Shown piece after piece: positions 19,532 to 28,676 of a stretch of 64,000 nucleotides of DNA. Numbering within the stretch: the first letter of the stretch is position 1; each line of letters begins with the position of its first letter. The notes under the pieces are model-generated. The model searched no databases. It saw only the letters and a program-made list of their open reading frames with translations, and was not told the DNA's origin. The translations under genes and the position numbers were made by a program. The stretch lies in NCBI GenBank assembly GCA_043811535.1, contig JBDRNC010000018.1, positions 96,001-160,000 of the forward strand, written 5' to 3'. The stretch comes from Elusimicrobiota bacterium. Its GTDB lineage: Bacteria > Elusimicrobiota > Endomicrobiia > Endomicrobiales > JBDRNC01.

Positions 19532-21862
19532 TCACTTGCCGCTATTCACTGCCGCTTTGTCTATCTTCGCTTTCAATTCGTCCAGGATAATCCGCGGCTC
19601 ATTGTTTTCCCCGGCCGTAAACGGGTCGGACAGCAGGTCCGATTCCAGTTCCGACATCAGCGCGAGCATCATGGCGTTATGCGGCTTCCAGTACTCCTCC
19701 GAACACCATTCCGTCAGCCATACCGGTTTATTCCCGTCCTTCGGCGAAACGAATCCGTTTGGGATGCCTCCGAGCACCGGCCCTTTGCCGATATCCGCCA
19801 TCATCACATGCGGGTTTGTCGTGCCTTTCCCGCTGACCATGCAGAAGCCCGAAGGATTCGCGCCCAGCACCCAGCCAATCTGGTCCGCCGCGATCCTGGC
19901 GAATTCGGGGTTGCCGGTAAACCGGGCGTAGCGCAGAGCTATCAATCCGTATGACATGGTATCGCAGTTGAACCCGTGGTCCGTCATCGGGCATCTCGGA
20001 GACGCGAAATAATAAAGCTTCATGTCCGTTTGCGCGCCTTCAGGCGGCTCAAGCGCCTGCGCCGCCTTGCCGAAAGGATTGAGTTCCGCCGCCTGCCTGA
20101 TAAATCCGTGTGCAAAATAATCCATGGCGAAACGTATCCTTGTTCTAAGCGCATCGTCATCTTTCAGCGCTTCCGCCAGTTCCATCAGGCCGAGATAGAC
20201 GCCTATGGAATGGACGAATTTATACTGGTAAGTGAAATCGGATTTATCGGGTTTCCAGAAGAACATCCCGAAAATCTGTTCCTGGCTGCGTTTGTAATCA
20301 AGGAATTGCGTCGGAAGTATTTTTTCCGCTGCCGCTTTGGCGGTTTCCAGATACTTCGCGTCTCCCGTAACTCCGTAAAGCCGCGTGCTCGCCCACAGGT
20401 ACATGCCCAGATACTGGATGCCGTCAAGGTTCTGGCGGCCGAGGTACTCCCACGCCTTCACGGCGGCGTCAAGCGATTCTTTCGCCAGTTCCGGGTCCTT
20501 TTTTTCCAACGCCCTGTAAACCTCGGCCATGGTCACCGCATACGCCCCCTCAACTTCGGGGGCGTATATATCCATTAAGTAACAATCATCGGTGTCCTGC
20601 TCCGGGGTGATATCTTCTAACCAGCAGTCCTTGCGCTTGCTTTTTACGGCAAAATAGACATGTCCGCTCGCGGGATTCTGCATGTCAATACAGAAACGCG
20701 CGGCGTATTTTATCTCGTCAATAGGGTCAAAACCCTTGGCTGGAATTTCGCCTGACAGCAGGTTCTGCCAGCGCGCCATGGCCCATACCCAGGTCGGCGT
20801 GGTGCTCATCCACCTTTCAATATCCAGTTCCGTGTCGTAATACCCGCCGGGCACGGGGTTGGAATGCTTGGGCTTCTTGGGATAGCGCGTGAATTTTATG
20901 TAGTGGAACTGCGATTTGCTCAATTCCCCCGCGATAACGTTCTTTTTAATCTCGAACGGATACGATTCCGCTTCCATCGGCTTGTCTCCCGAAGGCAAAA
21001 CGGCCTTTAAAACATAGCGCCCGGGCTGTTCAAGTTTGTCAAACGAGACGATCCAGTATTGCCCCGGCCACAGTTCGGAGTTTTTAAATTTCCGCGCTTT
21101 TCCGGATTCAATCACCTTGCGTCCGGGCAATGAGAGGATGCTGTACTCCATCGGCGCGTCAACTTCCGCTTCGCTGTTATTCAGCTGGATGACCGCCCGC
21201 TTGTTCATCCCGGGGTCAAAACCTATCTGGTTCATCAGTATCTGAATATGGGAATTGGCGCCTATCTGCTCCAAACCGGCAAGTTCTATCCATCCATTGC
21301 CGCCGTGGCGCGTGTTGTAGGAATTTGCGACGGCTATATCCAACTTGAAAGGAGGTTCGGGCGTCTTGTTGGAGCCGCCGTAGTTATAGACCAGTTCTTT
21401 CATGTCAATTGTCTCTTTGCGCCACCCGGATGTTTTCGCGCCCGAATGGAATGCCCGCATGAAGACCCCGCCGTCAGCGTCGCCGAATTTAAGGTCAAAC
21501 TTATTCGGCATCCCCTTGCCGCGTATCCAGAAGCTGATTCTTCCCGCTTTGGAGATATCAACGGCGGCCGGCTTCACGAACCATACCCACGCGCCGTTCG
21601 GAGCGTCAACAGGCAGTTCGTATTCCACGCGCAAAGCGTCCCCGTGAGGGCTTGGCACGACTGACAGGGAGGCCTTGCTCCGGTCATCCGCCGATCCGCT
21701 GCTCCAGCCACTCAAGCTCTCAAACGCTTTAACAGGGACGGTAGTCAGCTCGCTGGTAGGCCCCCAGCCTTGTTTTGTATCGCAGAATTTCCCACCGCCG
21801 TACGCCGTGACAGCCAATCCCGCGGCCAGCGCAAACATCAACTGAATGAATTTGATTTTCAT
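19532..21862 (-). CDS. Secreted GH9-like glycoside hydrolase with N-terminal CBM-like and Ig-like domains
   Basis: Signal peptide from ATG 21862 (AGGAG SD); ISFWIRG..N CBM-like region; NQIGF.P..K Ig-like start; GGYYD; LGANP...MVSG.G; GGIPNG. Confidence 0.7.
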   Translation of the reverse strand: MKIKFIQLMFALAAGLAVTAYGGGKFCDTKQGWGPTSELTTVPVKAFESLSGWSSGSADDRSKASLSVVPSPHGDALRVEYELPVDAPNGAWVWFVKPAAVDISKAGRISFWIRGKGMPNKFDLKFGDADGGVFMRAFHSGAKTSGWRKETIDMKELVYNYGGSNKTPEPPFKLDIAVANSYNTRHGGNGWIELAGLEQIGANSHIQILMNQIGFDPGMNKRAVIQLNNSEAEVDAPMEYSILSLPGRKVIESGKARKFKNSELWPGQYWIVSFDKLEQPGRYVLKAVLPSGDKPMEAESYPFEIKKNVIAGELSKSQFHYIKFTRYPKKPKHSNPVPGGYYDTELDIERWMSTTPTWVWAMARWQNLLSGEIPAKGFDPIDEIKYAARFCIDMQNPASGHVYFAVKSKRKDCWLEDITPEQDTDDCYLMDIYAPEVEGAYAVTMAEVYRALEKKDPELAKESLDAAVKAWEYLGRQNLDGIQYLGMYLWASTRLYGVTGDAKYLETAKAAAEKILPTQFLDYKRSQEQIFGMFFWKPDKSDFTYQYKFVHSIGVYLGLMELAEALKDDDALRTRIRFAMDYFAHGFIRQAAELNPFGKAAQALEPPEGAQTDMKLYYFASPRCPMTDHGFNCDTMSYGLIALRYARFTGNPEFARIAADQIGWVLGANPSGFCMVSGKGTTNPHVMMADIGKGPVLGGIPNGFVSPKDGNKPVWLTEWCSEEYWKPHNAMMLALMSELESDLLSDPFTAGENNEPRIILDELKAKIDKAAVNSGK

Positions 21863-21928
21863 AGTTCTCCTTCTCAGTTCGCAAGCCGTACCCCGCTTAC
21901 TGTTAACTGTTTTTATTTGCAAGATAAT

Positions 21929-22128
21929 GGGGATGGTTCTAATGAACCTCCGCCCAGTCCGCCGCGGCGGAGGCGGTATCAGACGTACCCCTCTTTTTCA
22001 AAGAGGGGTTAGGGGAGATTTTATTACCGGCAAAATCCCCCTGTTTCCCCCTTTGCAAAGGGGGACTATCAGTGACCGCCCAGCAAGCTGGGCGGAATAG
22101 TCAAGTTTAATTAAACAGAACCGTCCCC
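21929..22128. repeat. Nested palindromic repeat complex
   Basis: Outer GGGGATGGTTCT...AGAACCGTCCCC enclosing ccgcc/ggcgg palindromes and a CCCCTCTTT..AAAGAGGGG element. Confidence 0.7.
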
Positions 22129-22145
22129 TATGACCGCCGCTTTTT

Positions 22146-23792
22146 TTACTGCCAATTCCCGGATTTGAAGTAATCCCACAATTCATCGTTCGCGTATTCC
22201 GGGTCCGGAAGGCCAACATCGTTCCTAAACAACCCGAATGAAGACTCGTGATAAGCATGGTAGGTGAAACTTAAGCCGTATTTCTTGGACAGCTCCACCA
22301 TATCGCGCACCCAGTTGATGCCGCCCCTGCCATTTTCAAAACAAGGTCTGTGAGCCCCGAATTCCCCCATATACAGCGGAACATTGTTGTCTATCCCCCA
22401 TTGAACGCAGGTTTTCATCCTGTGCTCAAGATAGTCCTTGTTCCTGCGCATCAGTTTCCCGGACGGGCTGCTTTCCGTGCCTATTCTTAAGGAACAACGC
22501 GCCCCGGCAGGGACGCCGGCTCCCTTCATCCACCCGCTGATGGAATAATAGTATCCGTTTTTCATTTCAAAACGCAAGTCGTCGTTATAACACATCGCGT
22601 CGCCGGCGCCTCCTGTTATCTTAAGCGAAGCGTTGTCGCTGTGCCCGTCGGTTTTGGTTAACTCTACCGCGGCGGTATTTAGCCCGCTCCATATAGTCCA
22701 GAAAGTTTTTGAATTGACGCCGCTTTCCCTTACTGTCCTGATGAATTTTCCGTCAGGCCCGTATTCATTAACGGTGATATCGTCAAAATAGACCGCGCCG
22801 GTGTTATTGATAGTTTGCAGCGCGGGCTTGCCGGCCAGCAAATAAGGATCCGTGACATGATACTTTTCCCCTTCATAATACGTCCATGCTGAATTCCCTT
22901 CAGGCACCGCAGGATTCTCGGACACTATGCCGTATTGAATACCGGCTATATCCCTGTCCGGCGCAATTATCCTGTCAGGATCGGGATATTTTCCGCCTTC
23001 CTTGCCGCCCGTCCCCGCCCAGGAACATAACTGGTGCGTGTATTCCAGCGGATGATAAAAATGGAAAGTGTATAATATACCGGGGTCGTTCACCAGGAAG
23101 AATTTATTGGTAAACCACATCCTCCAATCCCCGCCTTTTACCATCATAAGCTGTTCCACGATTATAAGGTGGTTCTTGTCCGCGGTACGTATGGTCGAAA
23201 CGAGTTCTCCGGCCAGCGTCTTCCATTGGTCGATGGATTTTGAGACATACGGCTCATTGACAAGTTCCAACCCCGCGATGACAGGCTCGTTTTTGTATCT
23301 TTCCGCTATCGCTTTCCACAGCGCTTTTAAACGTTTCTGGTTTTCAGGCACATCCCAAAGCGCCATGCCCTCGCCGGCGGATTGATACCCGCCCTGCGGA
23401 ATGGTCATGCTCAGAATAAGATATATACCGTTTTTCTTCGCCCAAGCGACGTTTTTGTCCAGCCAGTCCCACGCGCTTTGCCTGTAAGCGTACGGCTTGC
23501 CGTCATCTTCAAACAACTGGTAGTCCATGCAGAACCTGACGACGTTCATGCGCATTTCCCGCAGGCGCCGGAAGTCTGTTTCCGAGTGATGATTTGCATC
23601 CGGGACCGGGCCGTCTTCCCACACTTTATTTCCGAAATTAAAGCCGCGAAGTATAATGGTTTTGTCGCTTTTCCCGACAACCAGATTCCTCCCGCTCCTG
23701 CGGATGAAATCCTTCGGGTCCGGTTGGACGCACAGGCCTTGAACGGCGGAAAACAGAAGAAAAATAAGGACGGCATAGATAGGCTTTTTCAC
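22146..23792 (-). CDS. Secreted GH5 (cellulase-family) glycoside hydrolase with an inserted CBM-like domain
   Basis: LRGFN, MNVVRF, ELVNEP (acid/base), YTFHFY.P..YTHQ, PLYMGEFG (nucleophile); about 190-aa insert containing VYFDDI and ISGWMK. Confidence 0.85.
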   Translation of the reverse strand: MKKPIYAVLIFLLFSAVQGLCVQPDPKDFIRRSGRNLVVGKSDKTIILRGFNFGNKVWEDGPVPDANHHSETDFRRLREMRMNVVRFCMDYQLFEDDGKPYAYRQSAWDWLDKNVAWAKKNGIYLILSMTIPQGGYQSAGEGMALWDVPENQKRLKALWKAIAERYKNEPVIAGLELVNEPYVSKSIDQWKTLAGELVSTIRTADKNHLIIVEQLMMVKGGDWRMWFTNKFFLVNDPGILYTFHFYHPLEYTHQLCSWAGTGGKEGGKYPDPDRIIAPDRDIAGIQYGIVSENPAVPEGNSAWTYYEGEKYHVTDPYLLAGKPALQTINNTGAVYFDDITVNEYGPDGKFIRTVRESGVNSKTFWTIWSGLNTAAVELTKTDGHSDNASLKITGGAGDAMCYNDDLRFEMKNGYYYSISGWMKGAGVPAGARCSLRIGTESSPSGKLMRRNKDYLEHRMKTCVQWGIDNNVPLYMGEFGAHRPCFENGRGGINWVRDMVELSKKYGLSFTYHAYHESSFGLFRNDVGLPDPEYANDELWDYFKSGNWQ

Positions 23793-23911
23793 AAGTTTCT
23801 GGTTGGTGTTTTCCGTTATCGTTTCAAGACGACCAACATTAATGCAATTAAATCGAAGTGCCCGTCAGGGTATACTATTCACCAATCCCTAGTCATTAGT
23901 CCCTGCCATTA

Positions 23912-24072
23912 CTATCTGTACAGCAGTTCCAACGCCTTATAGACCAGCATCGCGGGCCAGAAAAGGGCTTGACGATACCAAGCAACCCCATCCAGAACGA
24001 TGACGCGTGCTGGATGTAATAAACCGCCGCGCCGAGAAATCCCATACCGTAAAAAGGCATTGAATGCTTCAC
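23912..24072 (-). pseudogene. Small membrane protein with a 1-nt deletion (frameshift); paralog of 27381-27542
   Basis: GTG start; MKHSMPFYGMGFLGAAVYYIQHASSFWMGLLGIVK, then a shift to FWPAMLVYKALELLYR*. Length 161 nt versus 162 nt for the paralog. Confidence 0.8.
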
Positions 24073-24078
24073 GTTGAA

Positions 24079-24128
24079 CTCCTTAGCGTTAGAATAAACT
24101 GCCGTATGTGAAATCCGCCGTGGCGGAA
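24079..24128 (-). promoter_or_regulatory. Conserved hairpin-core-SD leader module, copy A
   Basis: TCCGC-CACG-GCGGA TTTCACATACGGCAGTTTA TTCTAACGCT AAGGAG, 6 nt before GTG. Confidence 0.7.
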
Positions 24129-24222
24129 ACTCACCTCTCTATTAATTAGGAGTACCCGCCAGGATATAACCGCTCCTTTGAAACCGTGATCCCACCCCGT
24201 AGGTTGGATACTCTTGGTTCAG

Positions 24223-25458
24223 TTATTTTGAATGCGGAACATCCGCCGAAGGCAACTCGACCGTGAAGACCGCTCCCTTGTCGTACTCACTCCGCGCGTG
24301 GATCATGCCTCCGTGCTGGCGGACGATCTTGTAAGACAGACTCAAACCGAGACCCGTGCCCTCGGCATAAGTGGTAAAGAAAGGTTCGAACAACCGGTCA
24401 ATCTCGCCCTTCTTGATGCCCGGCCCGTTATCCGATATCTCTATAATGACAGTTTTTCTCTTGTACGAGGTGCTTATCCTGATCTCTTTCGCCCTGTTCT
24501 CGCGCTGCGACACAAGAGCGTGGCGCGCGTTCTCTAGTATGTTTATTAAAACCTGCTCAAGCGACTGGGCGTTTCCCGAAACAGCCGGCATATCTGGCCC
24601 GAGATCCTTTCTGACGCTTATATTATCGAAGACAAGCTGTTCTCCGGTAAGCGAAAGGGCCGATTCCACAACGTCGTTGACGTTCAGCAACAACCGCTCG
24701 GGCGCTTCGCCCAATCTGACGTAATCCATTATATTCTTAATTATGCGCGAGGTCTTTTCTGAAGCCGAGACAATATTTTCCCACAGTTTCTGCCGTTCCG
24801 CTTCGTCATGTTCCTTTCGCAGTTCGCCCGAGTATCCAAGGAGGACGCACAAGGGGTTCCTTATCTCGTGCAGGACCGCGGCAAGCATTTCGCCGAGTGC
24901 GGATAAGCGTTCCATGTGCGCGACCTGTTTTTCCGCGGCCCGCCGTTCCGCGTCAGAGTAATATAGGAATATGAATGAAATGATGAAAAAGAACGGGATA
25001 CGCAGAAGGAGCACGGTATTATTCAAAGAAATCTCGCCGCCCCTCAGCGACACCAGAGCGCCGTATACGACTACGACCACTATCGTCATCACGAACGCGT
25101 GCCCGATGCTGTTCCTTCCGCCGGCCATGAAGATCATTAAAAAATAAACCAGATAAAGGTCCGAATCGATGCCATGGCTGAAATAGATAAGTAAGGATAT
25201 CAGGACTAAGTCCAGCATGAAAAGCGATATGCGGAACCAGCGCAGAGAGAAATAGCGCCGGTCAATGAAGATGAAAGCCACATTCGACAGCGCGTATAGC
25301 GAAAAAATAAGTATCAACGGTTTCAAACTGTACACCTTATTGGCGTCAAAGCCATACATAACAAGAAAAGCGCAAACGATGATAACCAGGAAACGGAGGG
25401 TTATCAGCACACTCTTATCATTCAGCGCAAATGCCTTTTTAGTCAATGGACTATTCAT
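24223..25458 (-). CDS. Membrane sensor histidine kinase (orphan in this window)
   Basis: N-terminal TM helices, H-box HEIRNPL, N-box QVLINILENA, DNGPGI, FEPFFTT, GTGLGLS. Confidence 0.93.
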   Translation of the reverse strand: MNSPLTKKAFALNDKSVLITLRFLVIIVCAFLVMYGFDANKVYSLKPLILIFSLYALSNVAFIFIDRRYFSLRWFRISLFMLDLVLISLLIYFSHGIDSDLYLVYFLMIFMAGGRNSIGHAFVMTIVVVVVYGALVSLRGGEISLNNTVLLLRIPFFFIISFIFLYYSDAERRAAEKQVAHMERLSALGEMLAAVLHEIRNPLCVLLGYSGELRKEHDEAERQKLWENIVSASEKTSRIIKNIMDYVRLGEAPERLLLNVNDVVESALSLTGEQLVFDNISVRKDLGPDMPAVSGNAQSLEQVLINILENARHALVSQRENRAKEIRISTSYKRKTVIIEISDNGPGIKKGEIDRLFEPFFTTYAEGTGLGLSLSYKIVRQHGGMIHARSEYDKGAVFTVELPSADVPHSK

Positions 25459-25544
25459 AGTTTTTTGGCGTTTAGCGTACGGCGTATCACCTTAAGAGGT
25501 CGTCTTCTGTTTCCCGCTTCCTGCTCCCTGCTTCCTTCTTCCGT

Positions 25545-27281
25545 CTACTTTGCTCTGTCCGGATAGGGCAGCGAAGCCTTTCCATGCATCAGTTCAGCCT
25601 GTGAATTTACCTCCGTCATGGCGGAAGCGAGCGCCTTATATATGTTGTCGTGTATGTCATATATACCGTAATTCGAGTTTTCCCCGTCGAACGACCTTCC
25701 CTGCGGCGATTCATCGGCGTACATAAACCAGTGATAGCCCACCGCGTAAGGGAAATCCATCAGCTGCGCGACGTATTTGCGAAAACCGTCCGCCCTGTCT
25801 TCCTGGCTCTGAACTGTCACATCGGCCCCGTGCGTGTTCCTGTCGCCGCTGGCGTTTTCCATCGCCCTGTACGAGAACTCGGTCACCATAACCGGCTTCT
25901 TTCCCAGAAAATACATGTTATCAAATACTTCTTTCCTGAGGATTTTGTCTTTCGCGTAATAGTTGAGCGATATTACGTCGCAGTATTTCCCGCAGGCCTC
26001 AATGACTCTTTTCGGAGCGTTGTTTGCGAAACGCGAACCGAGTATCAGGTGGTCCGTGTCATATTTGCGTATCGCTGAAGTCATCACGGCGAAATATCTT
26101 TCCGCCACCCTTCCCGCGAACTCTTCCCTGTCTTCGTCAGTACGCCCTCCGCGTTTCGTGAGCGGGCCGTACAGGCCGAACTCTTCAAAACTCTCAAAAT
26201 TTGTTCCCCAGACGCCGTTAAACTCGCCGATATCGCGGTATCTTTCCTTAAAGAAAGCGGCCAATACCTTGCTGCCTGGAGTGACGGAGGGCAGGTTTGA
26301 ATAAACGTCAAGCAGGGTTGTCACGTGGCCGGTGTACCAGCCGACATCGCCGTACCACGGCAGTTCGTTATCCAGAAAATATCCGATTAGGTATTTGGCT
26401 CCGCTCATGCGCCTGCAGTACTTTTTGATTACCTGTTCCGCGTTCAATTCAAAATCCGGCGCAAACACATCCGCGAGCCTGTGCGAACTGGAAACATTTA
26501 CGTAGATGAACAGGGTAAACGGAAGGTCGTACGCGAATGAATGGTCGTTTGACCAGCAGCCCAGGGTATTGAAGTTAAGCTTCTTGAGCCGTTTCACGGC
26601 CGAGGCGCCCCACTTCCTCAAATTCTTGAATTTTCCGGCAACGGAGTAGCGCTCGGATCCTTCTTTTGCGGTGCCGTCTTCCGGTACCACGGCGTCCACG
26701 CCTTTTGAAAGGAAAAGCCCTCCGTCCGGATGGACAAGCCAGTAAATGTCCCCCTCTTTTCTGATCTTGAAGAAGCTGTTGCCGGTCTTGTAGGTAGGCT
26801 GCACGCTGACATCCTTATACGGTTTGTCCATGAATTCCGTCTCCCAAATGGAGTTACCCCATTGCGTGGCCCTTTCAATGCAATTTATCATGACGTATTT
26901 GACCTTGTAGGCCTTTTTAAAATTTATTTTCCTGTAATTGCCTTCCAATTCCCCGGTGACCTCCGCGGCTGTCTGCCATTTCTCGTTATCCGTTGAAACC
27001 AGTATCTGATAGCTGTACGCGGCGGCGGTTTCCCAGTGAATGCCCACGGCCCTTATGCCGGTGATCCCGGCGAACTCATATTTTATCCATTGGTTGTCCG
27101 CGAAATCAGAACCCCACCTCGTTTTCATGTCGCCGTCGCAGGCCATCATGGGCTGGTAATCGCTCTCCCCGGAAGAAGCCGTGACTGACGATATTTTATT
27201 ATTGAGCTGGGCCGATACAGGAATATTTAACGCGGCAAGAAGGGACAATGCAGCCAGAATGGTATTTATGGATAATCTCAT
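25545..27281 (-). CDS. Secreted discoidin (F5/8 type C) domain protein with an agarase-like TIM-barrel glycoside hydrolase domain
   Basis: DGD..TRW.S...NQW, WETAAA.SY, SIWE; then FNTLGCWS, IGYFLDNELPW, D.DHLILGSRF, DVISLNYY, PVMVTEFS, VGYHWF, DGENSNYG. Confidence 0.8.
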   Translation of the reverse strand: MRLSINTILAALSLLAALNIPVSAQLNNKISSVTASSGESDYQPMMACDGDMKTRWGSDFADNQWIKYEFAGITGIRAVGIHWETAAAYSYQILVSTDNEKWQTAAEVTGELEGNYRKINFKKAYKVKYVMINCIERATQWGNSIWETEFMDKPYKDVSVQPTYKTGNSFFKIRKEGDIYWLVHPDGGLFLSKGVDAVVPEDGTAKEGSERYSVAGKFKNLRKWGASAVKRLKKLNFNTLGCWSNDHSFAYDLPFTLFIYVNVSSSHRLADVFAPDFELNAEQVIKKYCRRMSGAKYLIGYFLDNELPWYGDVGWYTGHVTTLLDVYSNLPSVTPGSKVLAAFFKERYRDIGEFNGVWGTNFESFEEFGLYGPLTKRGGRTDEDREEFAGRVAERYFAVMTSAIRKYDTDHLILGSRFANNAPKRVIEACGKYCDVISLNYYAKDKILRKEVFDNMYFLGKKPVMVTEFSYRAMENASGDRNTHGADVTVQSQEDRADGFRKYVAQLMDFPYAVGYHWFMYADESPQGRSFDGENSNYGIYDIHDNIYKALASAMTEVNSQAELMHGKASLPYPDRAK

Positions 27282-27380
27282 ATGGTTATTATATCAAAAA
27301 AGAAATACCGCGGGCGCGTAGCCGCTTTACGGGGGTAGGTCGTTCTCCGTCTTCCAACTTCCATCTTCCGTCTGCTGTAA

Positions 27381-27542
27381 TTATTTGTACAGCAGTATAA
27401 GCGATTTATAGACTATCATCGCGGGCCAGAAAAGCGCCTTTATACAACCAAGCACGCCCATCCAGAAAGTGACGGCCCCTTTGATGTAAAACACCGCCGC
27501 TCCGATGACTCCCATGACGTAAATACTGGATCTGATAATCAT
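27381..27542 (-). CDS. Small hydrophobic membrane protein (53 aa)
   Basis: Below the ORF-track cutoff: MIIRSSIYVMGVIGAAVFYIKGAVTFWMGVLGCIKALFWPAMIVYKSLILLYK, with an AAGGAGG SD. Confidence 0.85.
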   Translation of the reverse strand: MIIRSSIYVMGVIGAAVFYIKGAVTFWMGVLGCIKALFWPAMIVYKSLILLYK

Positions 27543-27547
27543 ACCAA

Positions 27548-27610
27548 CCTCCTTGAGCACAATAAGTGTTTCTACTAAATTGCCTTATGCGAAATCCCCG
27601 TCAGGGGATA
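27548..27610 (-). promoter_or_regulatory. Conserved hairpin-core-SD leader module, copy B
   Basis: ATCCCC-TGAC-GGGGAT TTCGCATAAGGCAATTTA GTAGAAACACTTATTGTGCTC AAGGAGG. Confidence 0.8.
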
Positions 27611-27754
27611 ATTGTCCGCCGCGAACCCAAGAGGACACTTAATTAAACATCCAATTGCATGCCGATATTCTATCAAATAACACTTCGGAAGTGTTAGAGC
27701 GGTTATGGTGACCAATACAACTTCGTAGGTTGTATCGGTTTAAGCGCGAACAAC

Positions 27755-27880
27755 TGCGGGATATATATCCCGCACCCCCGCGGATATGTCATATTTATAT
27801 TGAAAATACAATGCGAATATATCCCGCATTTTATCCCGCATTTATCCCGCACTTCAGGGCCGCGGATATCTGCGGGATAA
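27755..27880. repeat. Cluster of direct and inverted TATCCCGCA repeats
   Basis: tgcgggata/tatcccgca at about 27755-27773; three direct tatcccgca at about 27820-27851; tgcgggata at about 27871-27879. Confidence 0.7.
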
Positions 27881-27917
27881 ATCTATTCTGGTAAAGCCTG
27901 ACGCCGTTTCTCAATTT

Positions 27918-28433
27918 TTAGAACTTTTTTGAAAGAGTGAATCCTGCAGGACTGGTTTGCGCTCCAAGTGATAATTTTATTCTGCCTGTATCTCTGTTAT
28001 ATAACTCTATCGCTCTGTTCTGCGCATCCTGCGCTGCTATACCTGAGGTATGGCTGTTGATTGCATTTATTACACCAAGAACCATAAATCCTATACCTTC
28101 CGCCTGCCTTGTCGCAATACCATTACTATCAGTTATGTCCCTGCTGCTTAAATACCTGTTATATCCTGCAATCACAAACACACAACTGAAAATTCCATCA
28201 CTTATGGATGAAATTCTTCTTTCGCTGCACATCTTTAACTGCTCAACAGCCGCTGGAGACTTCTCTTTGCAGAGCTCATTAAAATTCTTTAGCGTAAGCA
28301 GCCTGCCGTCCACATTCACAAGATTTTTCCTGAATCCTTGCCTTAATACAAAATAGGCAGGATTCCCTTCCGCGAACGCGATACCCGCTAAACACGATGC
28401 GACTAAAAACAATACAACGGCTCTTTTCATCAT
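27918..28433 (-). CDS. Hypothetical exported/membrane protein
   Basis: Signal peptide, two hydrophobic segments, C-terminal Phe, AGGAGG SD. More AT-rich than its neighbours. Confidence 0.7.
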   Translation of the reverse strand: MMKRAVVLFLVASCLAGIAFAEGNPAYFVLRQGFRKNLVNVDGRLLTLKNFNELCKEKSPAAVEQLKMCSERRISSISDGIFSCVFVIAGYNRYLSSRDITDSNGIATRQAEGIGFMVLGVINAINSHTSGIAAQDAQNRAIELYNRDTGRIKLSLGAQTSPAGFTLSKKF

Positions 28434-28625
28434 TGATGCCTCCTGGATTTCACTTCATTCCTACCTAAGGAACTACAGCCCTTTTTTGAAACGCGGGAAA
28501 CGGGGTCAACTTGACAACTTAAGCGACTTCTCCTTCCCTTTTACGACTAAATGTATCTTTTGTCGATTTATGCGCCATCACAACGATTTTATTCTATAAT
28601 TTTGGGTTGTTTTTTGCAAGAATAT

Positions 28626-28676
28626 AAAGGGGACGGTTCTATTTTTTCTGAAAGAAAAATAGAACCGTCCCCTTTT
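28626..28676. repeat. REP-like palindrome AAGGGGACGGTTCT...AGAACCGTCCCCTT (could also act as a terminator)
   Basis: Near-perfect long hairpin immediately after the mscS stop. Copies at 29847-29895 and 31361-31412. Confidence 0.85.

Noticed and set aside
21846..22258. Small ORFs of 84-86 aa between the hydrolase genes
   Set aside because: They are translations of nested palindromic repeats (PLFQRG, PLCKGG peptides) with no SD or domain support.
28460..28610. Possible transposase or integrase remnant upstream of the orphan gene
   Set aside because: No convincing open frame or motif on either strand by inspection.
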